Shown piece by piece: positions 51,101-62,044 of a stretch of 64,000 nt of DNA. The DNA is taken from the IMG/VR virus record IMGVR_UViG_3300005253_002057, positions 1 through 64,000 of that record; one strand, 5' to 3'. The position numbers were made by a program, and so were the translations under genes. Numbering within the stretch: position 1 is the stretch's first letter; the number at the start of each line of letters is the position of its first letter. The stretch is from a virus. Below the pieces are notes generated by a model. That model did no database searches and was not told the origin of the DNA. It saw only the letters and a list, made by a program, of their open reading frames with translations.

Positions 51101-53091
51101 ACACTTTAACCAATGTGCGCCCTGCCAACACTGATGACATAGTACAGGCTATAGCTAAAGTAGAAAGAGTTCATGCTACTAAAGGAAGATTAGAAGTCGT
51201 AGGTGCGGGTAGAGGAAATGATGTTCCTAATCTCCCTGACGATCAAGTTTGGGTAGGTAGTGCAACTAATGTAGCTACAGGAGTAACTGTTACTGACTCA
51301 GATGCAGCAACGGAGAAGCTTCAGTACGATCAAGCTACTAATACATTTATTACTGGAACTGATGATACTGTACCGAAAGCTGGGGACTTTGCTAATGCAA
51401 CCGATCTAGATCTTAATGGAGCTATCAATTGCACTGATTGCCTTAATGCTACAGAGATTGAAGACATCTACGTTCTTATAGCTGGAGATGTTATTGAAGG
51501 CGATCTGGATTTTGATGATGGAGTCACAGACTCTCCCAAGGTACTATTCAGAGTACAAACTGGTGTAGTTTGGAGCGTCTATGCTGAAGATGGGGCTGAT
51601 GATCTACAGTTTGAAGTTAACTCAGGTACTGCGGAGACTATAGACTTTATAAATCTTGGGGCTGGTGTCATAGACATTACTGTAGATGGAACTATTACTG
51701 GAACTACTGCAGTAGCTGGACCTAATGTTACTTCGGGAGCAGACCCAGGTCACACTCACACTGGAGGTTCTCTAGGTGGCATAGACATATCTGATGATAC
51801 GAATCTGACTTGTGGAACTAACTGTACCTTAACTGACGACGAGATTTCAGTAGATGATGTCTTCGTCTTAACAGCTGGTGATACGATAGCTGGTGATCTA
51901 TCGTTTGACGATGGGGTAGGTGATACACCAAAGCTTAACTTCACTCCAGCTACAGGCGATGTTTGGAATATCTATGTTGATGATGCTTCTGGTGATCTGC
52001 AGTTCGAAACTAATACAGGTGGGCAAACTAGTTTCGATTTTGTAAATCTTGGACTCGGTACTATGGCTCTGTTTCTTGATGGGGATATTGATGCTGGGAA
52101 TCCCAGTGGTGGCAATTCGACTATAAGGTCATCGTCGTTTCTTATTACATCGACATGGACTAACTTCGATGACCAGGGGGAGATTCGTCTTAGTGAGCCT
52201 GATGGAGCTGGCACAGAATACATATCAATACAGGCTCCAGCAACCTTAGCATCCAATAGACTGTGTGTTCTTGAGGATGATGCAACTCCTTTTGACCCTT
52301 GCGTCTCAGGTGCTGGCGGCGGAGATATAACAGCAGTAGGACCAGGATATTCTTCAGGAGCAGCCTTTACTGATACAGTAGTTTCTGTAGGTACAGAGAT
52401 GCTGGTTTGGGAAGGAACAGCTTCTGATGCTAATGAGCTAACAATTAGTGCACCTGCTAACCCTGCTGTAGATCAAAACTTTGCATTTCCTGACGATCAG
52501 CTGGCTGATGACGACTTAATTATTGCTAACGGGGCTGGTACCTTTGAGTACAAGGCTACTCCAGACTGCGATGCAACTAATATAAGTAGACTTCAGTATG
52601 ATACTACTACTAATCTCTTTATCTGTGACACAGATCCAGTAGCCGCAGGAGAGTACGCAGCCGCATCTATAGATGGAGATGATGTAAATAGTAATATAGC
52701 AGGAGCACATCTAACCTTAACAGCAGCAGCTCCTGATACTTTAGATCTAGATGTTGAAATATTCACTAATACTACGGGAATCTGGTTTGAAGATCCTACA
52801 GCTGCTGATGACTTTGAATCTATATGGGTAGTAAATGGATTCGCAGTAACTATAACAAAGATCTGGTGCGAGTCTGATCAGACTGTAAATATGGATCTAC
52901 AGATAGATGATGGTACACCAGCAGATGTCAATGGAACAGATCTTGTATGCGATGGAACACCTGCATTTGACGAAGCAATGGGCGGAGATGCCACTATGGC
53001 TGACGGAGATAGACTAGATCTTGTTATTACATCAGTGTCAGGAACTCCTACTTGGGTAAGTATTATGTGGACTTATACAAAGGATGACTAG
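48166..53091 (+). CDS. 1641-aa repetitive acidic fibre/adhesin
   Basis: N-terminal TM/signal; D/T/G-rich; four repeats C(T)(D/N)CLxATEIxDIYVLxxGD...DDGxxxSP. Confidence 0.75.
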   Translation: MKNQMALVLIIIAVAVGLVSLGGGITSLGVVAPISSTGGTAPTLSIAACPDGETYTFDSGTSTWTCGNAGHTIQDEAVSLATEPTLNFTGAGVVCADNPGNTRTDCTITGVAGSGVQLDLGNDDVIESTGITEINVDNDTNSIFTETPADQLLIDASLNWPISDDVSCTDCLNATEIEDIYVLIVGDTVTGNIDFDDGVGESPRVLFSPQTGTVWDIYAEDATDDLQIEVTTAVAEGLDIVNTGAGIVVLSLDSLATGGASECVEADTNGVLALAGSACASGGGDSIEVEDGDNTGTFSTIDTTARFEDSADINFSLADGGPGGPDDITGTVRANAVALATDTTGAFVATVADSGNTNITVAGSGAENAAVTLDVIDVNCTNCLDATEIADIYVLVAGDVMTGNLDMDDGTTDSPRILFTVQTGTVWDIYAEDTSDDLQIEVTTGVAENLDIVNTGAGTVVLTLDSLATGGASECVQTDTNGVFSNTGGACGGGSVDLQGAYDNEVNPALITLDNTIGGIIFDGDAELSDPTFTIRDDGGSVGILIDNDDEAGNEASPPLRIANSTAAAGDTQFSFIVTATSELEIRGDDDAADLTIEADGDLDLAANLTCSSCIDLGGESAGAYVATVADSGNTNITVAGSGGETAAVTLDVIGVNCTDCLGATEITDIYVLVAGDVMAGNLDFDDGTTDSPRVLFRPQTGTLWNLYAADSDDDFQIEVNTAVTEVVELTNLGIGDVDLTLDGDINCTNCITLATETVGAFVNDITGGDGISSTGGGAEDSTPTIAIDLTDDADGTSATTAAESGLEFLTSELSLLRGCSNGEILKWTLGTEDWGCSADSTGGSPTFDTIASGTNTTATMTIDEGAEIILATGGINEASEVLNTVHNDSGATLFQCTAVYLNGFDIPADLPDVLIADSDVSGAAIGLIFSDAVTGSDVLIVVSGQMDDLDTVTGEGWTVGDTLYLNDSGTSADNDCGNTLTNVRPANTDDIVQAIAKVERVHATKGRLEVVGAGRGNDVPNLPDDQVWVGSATNVATGVTVTDSDAATEKLQYDQATNTFITGTDDTVPKAGDFANATDLDLNGAINCTDCLNATEIEDIYVLIAGDVIEGDLDFDDGVTDSPKVLFRVQTGVVWSVYAEDGADDLQFEVNSGTAETIDFINLGAGVIDITVDGTITGTTAVAGPNVTSGADPGHTHTGGSLGGIDISDDTNLTCGTNCTLTDDEISVDDVFVLTAGDTIAGDLSFDDGVGDTPKLNFTPATGDVWNIYVDDASGDLQFETNTGGQTSFDFVNLGLGTMALFLDGDIDAGNPSGGNSTIRSSSFLITSTWTNFDDQGEIRLSEPDGAGTEYISIQAPATLASNRLCVLEDDATPFDPCVSGAGGGDITAVGPGYSSGAAFTDTVVSVGTEMLVWEGTASDANELTISAPANPAVDQNFAFPDDQLADDDLIIANGAGTFEYKATPDCDATNISRLQYDTTTNLFICDTDPVAAGEYAAASIDGDDVNSNIAGAHLTLTAAAPDTLDLDVEIFTNTTGIWFEDPTAADDFESIWVVNGFAVTITKIWCESDQTVNMDLQIDDGTPADVNGTDLVCDGTPAFDEAMGGDATMADGDRLDLVITSVSGTPTWVSIMWTYTKDD

Positions 53092-54498
53092 ATGACTAGA
53101 TTGATTTTACTCGCAATTGCTCTCATTACTCTTGCCTTAACTGCAAATAGTGCTTCTGCATATGAGTCGATTCAAGCTCAAGCTAAGGTACCAGCTAATA
53201 TATGTCTCATTAATTGGGAGTGGGCAACAGAGGGAGACCTTTCATTCTGGCGCATTCCTAATGCTAGCAACGCTTTAGGTACGATTGACCTTCGTTCTAG
53301 GCCTCAGTACGAGCAGAAAGGAGGTCCTCCAGAAGGCTACGCTTTGGTATCTTACGATACTAGTGGACTATGCGTTGGGCCTACTATGCTCGTATCTCTC
53401 GGAAGTAGTCTTGATAGAGGTCTTCGCCCCGATGAGAAGATAGCCCTTGAGATAGGGATGGGTTATGAGTTAGGAGCAATCACTTCATTAACAACTAGAG
53501 ATGCTCTCTGGGAGATGTTTACTACCTTAAGTGATCCAACTGGACTAACTGGACCTAAGCCCGTTCGGAAGGAGAGCACAGGAGTTGTTCGGCTGATTCT
53601 GGGAGGCTATGGCGATATTCACTCTGAATCCTATAAAGATGATCCCATACACGTCGATAATATTATTGCAGTATTTCAAGCAGATTATCGACGCCATAAG
53701 ATTGATGGTATTACATCCTTAACGTCTCTCCAGAAATGGACTGGACATACTATGAAGTCCATTGAGGAAACCAGTGCATCGAAAGTCCTTCCTCCAGAGT
53801 ATGTTACTGATGGATCGAAGGATCCTAGTACGACAGCTGGAGATACCTTCGTAGAGGCAGGAGATACAGATCTTAGTGCTCATACTGCAACAGGACCTAA
53901 TGGAGGCTTCAGTTGGGATGATACCATAACTGGGGCTGGCGGAATGACTGTCATTGGCGCCAGCGATGATATTGATTCTGATAGTAATAGTACACAGGCT
54001 GCCAGAGCAGAGTCAGATTTATCTACAGATGATATGACGGTGATCTTCGATTGGGTTGCTGATGGTGGGGGTACAGGTAACTATCAAGGTGCTCTAGCCC
54101 GTCATAATAGCGCAAATCGTGAAGCCTATCTCGGGATCTATAAGCTATTCGATGGTTGGGAAGTCTATAGAATAAGTACAATTGGAGGATACACCCAACT
54201 CGGTGCAGATTTAAGTGCTGCTGATGTGCCAGACTCTACCTTACAGCTAAAGGTTGATGGCAGTAGTATTGAGCTCTTTAGAGATGGTGTAAGCCAAGGT
54301 ACGCGTACAGATACGAACATAACAGGCAATCTGAGATCTGGTATTGAAATGTCTGAGACCGGATTTACTATGGACAATTTCGAAGCAGTGGATCTTGGGG
54401 TCGCTGCGCCTAGAAGAGTAATAAGATTAACTAAACTTTATAACGATTACTTAGAGAGACACATACAAAGAATCAGGGAACTTATAAAGCCCTCTTAA
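53092..54498 (+). CDS. secreted protein with C-terminal lectin/ConA-like domain
   Basis: signal peptide ending ASA; C-terminal LQLKVDGSSIELFRDG...G..G...MDNF beta-sandwich pattern. Confidence 0.6.
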   Translation: MTRLILLAIALITLALTANSASAYESIQAQAKVPANICLINWEWATEGDLSFWRIPNASNALGTIDLRSRPQYEQKGGPPEGYALVSYDTSGLCVGPTMLVSLGSSLDRGLRPDEKIALEIGMGYELGAITSLTTRDALWEMFTTLSDPTGLTGPKPVRKESTGVVRLILGGYGDIHSESYKDDPIHVDNIIAVFQADYRRHKIDGITSLTSLQKWTGHTMKSIEETSASKVLPPEYVTDGSKDPSTTAGDTFVEAGDTDLSAHTATGPNGGFSWDDTITGAGGMTVIGASDDIDSDSNSTQAARAESDLSTDDMTVIFDWVADGGGTGNYQGALARHNSANREAYLGIYKLFDGWEVYRISTIGGYTQLGADLSAADVPDSTLQLKVDGSSIELFRDGVSQGTRTDTNITGNLRSGIEMSETGFTMDNFEAVDLGVAAPRRVIRLTKLYNDYLERHIQRIRELIKPS

Positions 54499-54817
54499 TG
54501 AACAAGGTATCATAACAGGCTAGAATGCTGATAAACTGACCAAGGAGAGATGTAACATGGTCGAAGCAATCAGTACTACTGGAAAAGTAAAAGCAGAAGC
54601 TAAGGTGGCTAGACACACAGTAGGAGACGTAGTTAGGGCCAGAAATCTTAGAGTAGGTGATGTAGTAAGTGTAATAGATACTAACTACAAGTTCCAAGTA
54701 GTTACCAAGACCTTCTTTGAGATAATAGCAGTACCTATTATCGAAAAGCAAACTGACCACAGACATCGAATTCAGTTACTAAGCTTTACACAAGTTGTGT
54801 TACTAGAGAGACTCTAA

Positions 54818-56305
54818 ATGGCTATACAGATAGTCCTTCCAAGACAAGTAGTATTTACTATTGAGTCTAATAAAGGGCTAATACAACAGTTCGAGAAAGC
54901 TGGGCGCCCTGAGTTCGCAGAGCCTTTTCTTGATGCTATAGAAGAAAATCCTAATGCTCAATCATTCATCGTAGAACTTGAGCCAACTATGGTTCTAAGA
55001 CTAAGAGACTTTCTATCCTCTAGAAGGTCTGAATCTTTTACAGTTCTCAAGACTGCACTCAAAAGTCTAGAAGCAGGGGCAAAGCCCATAAGGCAACAAG
55101 ATGTTCTTAGAGTGGCACTTGCTCAATTAGGATTTAATAGACTCGAGCAGATACAGTCAGAAGCTGATAGGGAACAATTAGCCATAGCCTTATCTAATCA
55201 AGGGGCTAAGCCACAACAAGTTACTAGAGCGCTGCAAAGGGCAGTGCAGAGAACTAGGCTCAAAGGAGACACAGATTCTAGGCAAAATATAATAGCTATA
55301 GCTAGATCCTTAAGAACCTTTGAGATAATTGGTCGAGAAGCTAAAGGACAAACTAGCCTTTTTCCTTCGTCAGAAAGAGCTGCTTCCAGACCCTTGATAG
55401 CGCCTGAAGTAGCTTCAGCCTTTACTAGTAAGAAGGATCGTCTACAGTCTATATTCGATCAAAAGCGTGCCGAATTTGCTGGAAGAACAGCTGGAATAAT
55501 AGAAGGAGCCATATCACAGTCTGAGAGAGAAGTTAGAAGAGCGGGAAAAGCCACTGCTAGAGGAGCTGGAAAAGGAGCTCTAATAGCAGGTAAAGGTGTG
55601 CTTATAGGTAGTAAAGCAGCTGTTAGAGTAGGATTACCTGCAGCAAAAAGAGGGGCTAGAAAAGGGCATGCTCTAGCCAGACAAGCTGCTGCTGCTACAA
55701 GACCTCAATTAGCCCTAGCTGCAAAATTTACGAGGGAAGAAGCTATACCAGCCGCTAAACAAGTAGCTAGTGATATAGCCACTACTATAGCAACTTCTAC
55801 ATCCATAGCTGCTGATAGGGCCATAACAAAGGCAAGAGAGATCGGAAGAGGAATACAGTCAAGGGACAGAATAGCCATAGGTAGATTCCAAGCAGTAGAA
55901 GCAGGAAGAGAAGATAAAGCTACTAAAATTGCTAATCTTCTGTTTGAAGTAGGTATAGGGCCTAAAGAATGGAATCCCCTTAAGCCAGAAGAAAGAAGTA
56001 AATTACTTAAAGAAGCTGTTACAGATGAGGAGTTTATACAGTTAACAAGACTTATAGACTTCCGCTTCAGTATTCCTTTTTCCCCCTTAACTAGAATAGA
56101 AGAACTTAATATACCAGAGCCAATACAAGTAGAGCCTAGTAAGACTCCTTCTAGATTAGCAGTAGGAGAGAGGCCTAGTCCTAGCTTAATAAAAGAGGCT
56201 AAGGAAAGAGCTCTGGAACTTGGAGCTTCTGAAGAGGTATCTGATAGTCTTGTAGCCTTTAATCAAGGCGTAAAAGAAAGACTAGAAAAGTTGGCAGAAA
56301 AGTAA
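54818..56305 (+). CDS. helical R/A-rich hypothetical protein
   Basis: 495-aa ORF, composition like 35585..38497. Confidence 0.55.
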   Translation: MAIQIVLPRQVVFTIESNKGLIQQFEKAGRPEFAEPFLDAIEENPNAQSFIVELEPTMVLRLRDFLSSRRSESFTVLKTALKSLEAGAKPIRQQDVLRVALAQLGFNRLEQIQSEADREQLAIALSNQGAKPQQVTRALQRAVQRTRLKGDTDSRQNIIAIARSLRTFEIIGREAKGQTSLFPSSERAASRPLIAPEVASAFTSKKDRLQSIFDQKRAEFAGRTAGIIEGAISQSEREVRRAGKATARGAGKGALIAGKGVLIGSKAAVRVGLPAAKRGARKGHALARQAAAATRPQLALAAKFTREEAIPAAKQVASDIATTIATSTSIAADRAITKAREIGRGIQSRDRIAIGRFQAVEAGREDKATKIANLLFEVGIGPKEWNPLKPEERSKLLKEAVTDEEFIQLTRLIDFRFSIPFSPLTRIEELNIPEPIQVEPSKTPSRLAVGERPSPSLIKEAKERALELGASEEVSDSLVAFNQGVKERLEKLAEK

Positions 56306-57342
56306 TGGCCAGACGATTTAGAAACTTTGAGCGAAGTGGAAGAGTATTTTCCTTTGAACCTGGAGTAAAGGAAAGAAAAGGCAAGGGTGCCTTAGCCAGT
56401 ATTCGTATTACTCAATCTCAGCTTACTAATAGATACAGGCTAGAAAAAGAAGAATTTGGAAGAGCTGGTTCTGGTTTAACTGAGTTAATAAAGTTAGCCC
56501 TTTTTGACAAAGCTGGGGGGCTAGCACCAATTGATGAAGTATTTGTAGAAGAACCTGCAGATATAATTCTACGATTGCAAGAGGCCAATGACTTCGCCCA
56601 GGCTCAACCAGATCTAATTCAGGAAGAGAAACGAATAAGAAGTTTACCAGTAAGAAAGACTGGTAGAGTTATTGAGACCCTAGGAAGTAACCCCAGCCAA
56701 GCGACTTTGGAGCAATTCAAGAAACAAAAGCTTTCTAGTAGACCAGATCTCCGAGCAAGACAGCTTCAAATCAGAGCCAGAGTAGCAAAGCTTGCAGAAC
56801 GAGAGAGACGAGAAGCCTTAACCAATCCCAGGCTCAAAAGAATACTAGAGGCTCAGCAAGATGGCTAGATTTCTTAAGGTCCCAGGTAGAAATAGGGGAG
56901 TAGTAATCAATACCAGCATACCTATAGGACTGGATGAAGATACTGCTGAGCAACTACGTAATCTCATAACAAAGAATGATGGAACTATATTAGGTGTTGT
57001 AGAAAGTGGTGGAGGATTAGTTATTCAAAGCAGCTTTCCTGATAGTTCTAGTGCCAACGCCTTCGTATTAGAAGCAGAAGAGTTTGGATTAGGGTAATGT
57101 TTAAGTTTAATGATGCAGAAACAGTTTCAGCCACAGGCTTCGCAGACGCAGTTATGATAAGAGATTTAAGAGGTGAGCTTAACCTAGAAATTGGGGAGAC
57201 CTTTTCTATGAGTCAAGCCATGACTGCTCTCCAGTCAATAATAGGGTTTCGTGCAAAGAATACATTCAACAGCCTACTCCGCTCCAATCTCATAATAGAA
57301 GTTTAACAGACCATCAACTTTATGAAAGGAGGTCCCGCTTAA

Positions 57343-57453
57343 ATGATTCTATCAAGAGTCTGGTCACTTCACACCAAGATGAAGGGTAAGAGAATTAAGT
57401 CTCACAAACACCCTCATGGCGGCTCGAAGCGCAAAAAGCGTAGGAAGAAGTAA
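57343..57453 (+). CDS. 36-aa protamine-like basic peptide
   Basis: AAGGAGGT SD; MILSRVWSLHTKMKGKRIKSHKHPHGGSKRKKRRKK. Confidence 0.55.
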   Translation: MILSRVWSLHTKMKGKRIKSHKHPHGGSKRKKRRKK

Positions 57454-57945
57454 GCAGGGTTTACGAGCGTTTTGAAAGCGCCGTAGGCACCGCCTACATT
57501 GAAGGGAGAGGTACCTTTATAAGGTTGCTTGAAACGTCTTATAAAGGCTACTAGGGAGGGACTGAAATGGACTCATATGGTTAAAAAGGCCCCTGCTAAG
57601 GGAAAGAAATAGCGAGCAAAGCGTAAGAAGATGAAGAACAGAAAGAAGAAGTATCAAAAGTAATGGCTGGACGATTCAATAATGTCAGAGACTTTTTTAT
57701 GGTTACCGATAAAGGAGTTGACTGGATACTTGAAACTGCAGATGAGCAATCTGCGCCATCCATCTCAGCATTTAGACTCTTCGACTTTTTAGCCTTTGGA
57801 GTAGGGAGGGAAGTCTTTGAAAATAGAAGGCCCTTTAACTTAACCCTAGTTAAGCACAATTTAGTTAATGGGCCTAATGATGATGCCAGTCTAGAAAAGA
57901 TGATAAGTGAAGCCTTAAACAGAGGTTTCGTGGCAAGACTTTAAG

Positions 57946-58332
57946 ATGGCTCATCAACCCTTAAATTTACTTGATAGAGAAGTAGCTGAAACCTTTTTTG
58001 ACATAGCCCAAGGACAGGAAGTTGAAATAGATTCAGTATCAAGAGAGATAGCTGACATACTTGGCATAACTAAAGGAGAAGCGACTAGATCTATTTCAAG
58101 ACTAGTAAATGCAAAGATACTCACAGTCTTTGGAGTAGTAGGAATGGTAATGGTATCAGCAGCTGGTACAGCAAATGTACTAAGTATTCCTACCAAGGAG
58201 TTTGACCAAATAGAAATAAGTAAGATGAGAATTCTAGGCAGCATGAAAGAGGGAAGGGCGCCTAGAATTGCTAAGGGAAACAAAGGAAACTTTACTGAGT
58301 TAACTGACCCTAGTACAGGATATAGGCAGTAA
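57946..58332 (+). CDS. HTH DNA-binding protein
   Basis: SREIADILGITKGEATRSISRLVNAKIL. Confidence 0.7.
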   Translation: MAHQPLNLLDREVAETFFDIAQGQEVEIDSVSREIADILGITKGEATRSISRLVNAKILTVFGVVGMVMVSAAGTANVLSIPTKEFDQIEISKMRILGSMKEGRAPRIAKGNKGNFTELTDPSTGYRQ

Positions 58333-59461
58333 TATGACATCACAAAGAATAGTATCTAGAGAAGAAGCCATTATAATAGTAGCAGAAGAACTAGAGTTAG
58401 ATCCTGATAGACTATTCTTTTTCGGAGCCCTACAAAGCCCTGGACAATATGCTAGAATAGTAACAGATGGAGTAGCAGCTAGTAGAAGTAAAGGCTTTGA
58501 TGCAGATAGTAGGGCAACTGCTTTCATAAATCGGGCCTTATTTTCATTAACCAATAACAACCCAGTAGACTTAAGTAAGCAAGAAGTAGGAGAAGCAAGA
58601 AGAAGGGCCAAGGCTAGAATAACTTTTCCAGAATAAGAAGTACAAAAGAAAAGAGCGGTAACATGGTAATAGCCAGAAAAGAAAAAGTGAGCTAGGTCTC
58701 CAGTAATGGCAGAACCTAAATTAAAACTTACCCCTGAAGCTAGTCACTTTAATAGAGTGATGCGTAACAAATTTGGGTGGGTGCCAGGAAGTCCCCCAGA
58801 TACTATCCCTAAGGCTGTACTAGAGCAAATGATGACTGTAAATGCTATGAGAGGAGCTAGCTTTGGCTCCTCAGGAGTAACTGAAGCAGAGATAAGAAAA
58901 TCTATTAGATCTATAGCTGAAGAAATGAGGGAAGCAAGACCTCTAGACACAAACATCTTTGAAGGTCTATTAAAAGAAGGCCAACTTAGAAGAGTATTAA
59001 GGCTACTCTTTGAGCAAGGAATTATTGAAGGTGCTGATTCTGAGGACGATGATGAATTAGAGGCTAGAAATGAAAGAGCCTCTAGTAGAATGCCTCAATC
59101 AATGAGGGCTGAGCTAAAGGACATTAGAGGCTTCTAGTGGCTCAAGCATTTAGATTAAATCAGGTGCAAGGGAAAAAGCTATTTAATAGTCTATCCAGTA
59201 GGCAGAAAGTACTAGTAAATATAATAGCTAATCTTGAAGTAAATAGAGGGTCACCTTCTTCCCTAGAAGATATAGCAGATACAATAGATGCTTCTAATAT
59301 AATTCTCAATACTGAAAGTCCTATGCTAGGAGTTACAAGAAGAAAAGATCCATCAGCCCCTAGATTCTCTATAGAAGTAGAGGAACTAACAGATGTATCA
59401 GTACTAAGAAGAGAACTAAAAGGGCTATTCGAAGCTAGAGTACTAGATCAAGTAGAAAACG

Positions 59462-59713
59462 ATGGCTAAAAGAAAAAGAAAACGTCCTCCCTTAAACATA
59501 ACTGCCGAAAGAGCCCTCGATGAAGGTATCAAGTTTACTAAGAATGTTGTAGACTATAGACAAGCAGGAAGATCAAGAAGACGTTGCTACAACTGCATAT
59601 ATTTTGAAGAAGGACCTAACAGAAGCGCTGTTGGTACTTGCGAAGTAGTAGAAGGACCGATAAAGGGCTACATGGTAAGCGATATCTTTGAAGCAAGACA
59701 GGAGTTGATGTAA
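59462..59713 (+). CDS. HiPIP-like small protein lacking the fourth Cys
   Basis: KxTKxxVDYR...CYNCIYF...CEVVEGPI...SDIF. Confidence 0.6.
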   Translation: MAKRKRKRPPLNITAERALDEGIKFTKNVVDYRQAGRSRRRCYNCIYFEEGPNRSAVGTCEVVEGPIKGYMVSDIFEARQELM

Positions 59714-62044
59714 TGGCTTCCCTTGAACTAGAACCTGTTCAAGTAGGTATTATACTAGAAGTACTAGAGCAGAGCCTACAGTCTAATAAAGTTAAAAGAC
59801 AGCTTGGTACCCACTTCTTTGCAATGATTCCAGAGTTAATAGCTAATATAAAGACTCAGTCTAGGCAGTAACTAATGGCCAAAAAATCATTTCTTACCAT
59901 TGCTAAAGAACAAGGAAAGGCTACGTTCTCCATCAGAGGAAGTAAAGCAGCTAAGAGTATAGCAAAGAAAAGACCCTCTGTAAATCTTAGGGATAATCGC
60001 TTTCTTAGAAGTATGGGGGAAGGATTCATAGACGTCTTCAGTGGAAAGAGCAGGGACAGAACCAAGAAAAGGCTTGTAAGAAAGTAGTGTCTAAGAAATT
60101 TAGATTAACAGAGAGTGGCTTAGATGCAGCTAGCGATTTAGCCATAAGATTTGATAACTTTCTAAAGGCTGGAAAACACGCAAATATTCTAAATGCTACT
60201 CAAGAAGATCAAGACATGGTAGGACTAGCCGCTCTACTAGCTACAATAGAAGTAAAAGACCCCGAAACTTCGTCTGATAGAGGATTAACTTTTAGAACTA
60301 TAATTAGATCTATGGGAGCAGATTCAAAGATCTCGTTATGGAAAGAAAATGATATACGAAGATTCATGAGGCTAGCCGCAGAGGCTGGCTGGCTAGTGGA
60401 ATCAGATGATGATGAAGATTTAGCCCCTAGACCAAGAAGAAGATCAGGCAGAAGGTTGTTTACAAGATGATGGGAAGAAGTCCTAAAAGACGTACAAAAA
60501 GAAAGTCCATGAGACCCAAGAAGCTTAGCATGAAAAATGCCTTCAAGGGAATCAGAACTGTAGGAGCACCTTCTGGTAGGGCAATGAAGAGAGTAGGAGA
60601 TGCTATGGCGGCTGGTACTAGAATAAGAAAAAAGAAGGGCTCCAAGATGATGAAGACTCCTAGGTTCATATAGAAAGGATTATCTAAGATGAAATTCTAT
60701 CGACTAACTGGAAAAACAGAGACTAAGAGCCCTACAGATCCTGGAGTAGCTGCAGTAGTAGGGGCAGTAATAGCTGATGGACTGGCTCACGGAGAAGACA
60801 GTGTAAGCTTCAGTGATGTCTCTAAACAGCTGCGACACCATGATCTTAGCGACACTGAAATAAGAAGGCTACTAAATCTAGCTGACAAGCAAGGTTTTAT
60901 CTATGAAGACGACAATGATTAGGTTAATCTAATGCCAGAAGTTACGGCAGAAGTTTTCTACAGAGGAACAATAAATCAGGAAAAAGATAACCAGCTTCTA
61001 GCCATAGCCAAACGCTTCAGTGGGGAATGGATAGGGTCTGGAGTTGACACCCCTATGAAAGGAAAGCAACAAGACAGGAACAATCAGTTTGAGTTCCCTT
61101 CTAGAGGTAGGGCCTTAGGATTCTTTAAGGCTGTAAGAAAGAAAATAAAAGGCATAGGAAAAATGTTCGTAAGGAAAGATAATGGCTGAGCCAGTATTTA
61201 GACTAGCCACAGAAGTGGACGTAGGAAACGTTCAAGGTAACATAAAGTCTGTTGACTTTGAGTCAATAAATAGGCTAGAGAATGCCTTCGGACGAGAAGC
61301 TTTCACGTTAACCGAAGCCTTAGATATGACTGGGGATAGACAGTCTATAAGAAGGCTTAGAAACGTAAGGCTTATAATTTCTGCTGAGAAGTGAAATGGG
61401 AAGAAAAAGAAAGCCCCCATCACCTGTAGAAGAAGAAGTACTAAGAAGAGAAAGATTTAGAGAAATAAAGGCTCTAAAAGCAAAGCTTTCTCGTCTAGTA
61501 ACTAAGGAAGATAGAGTAGACTTTCTAGATGATACTCTTAGAGAGGTACTTAAGGGAGCTACACCTGACGATGACGTACAGGTACTTCAAATAGTGGCAA
61601 AAGAATTTAGATTACTTCCTGAGCTAAGTGAGTTAGTATCTAGATTTGACAGAGAGGCACAAAGATTAGTAAGGACTGGAAACCTCACTATACTAGAAGG
61701 AGTAAGGGAAGGAGAACTTAGACCTGAACCTTTAACTTCTTCTCAGACAAAGACTAGAGCCCAAGCTTTAGAAGACAGAAAAGCGTTCTTGCGTAGGTTA
61801 CAGGAAAATCCTAGACTCAAGAGAGAGTTAGCCGAAGCTGCAGGGGCACCTAAAGTAGATATAGACAATCCTGTATCTGATATAGCAAGAATAATGACTG
61901 AGAGAAGAATAATAGAAGAACTAAGAAAGAAAGAAAAAAGACCTGTAGGTCCACTAACTGGAGTAGATGTGGAAGGAATAAAAGAAAGGGTAAGAAAACT
62001 AAGAGGTCTAAGAACATTTAGAAAGGGACCTTTCGATAAGTAAC

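Larger units (their letters stand above)
57097..61394 (+). other. cluster of small paralogous wHTH-like and basic proteins
   Basis: shared N-terminal F(R/K)L(T/N) and C-terminal L-x3-G-(F/I/W)-(I/V/L) motifs. Confidence 0.55.
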
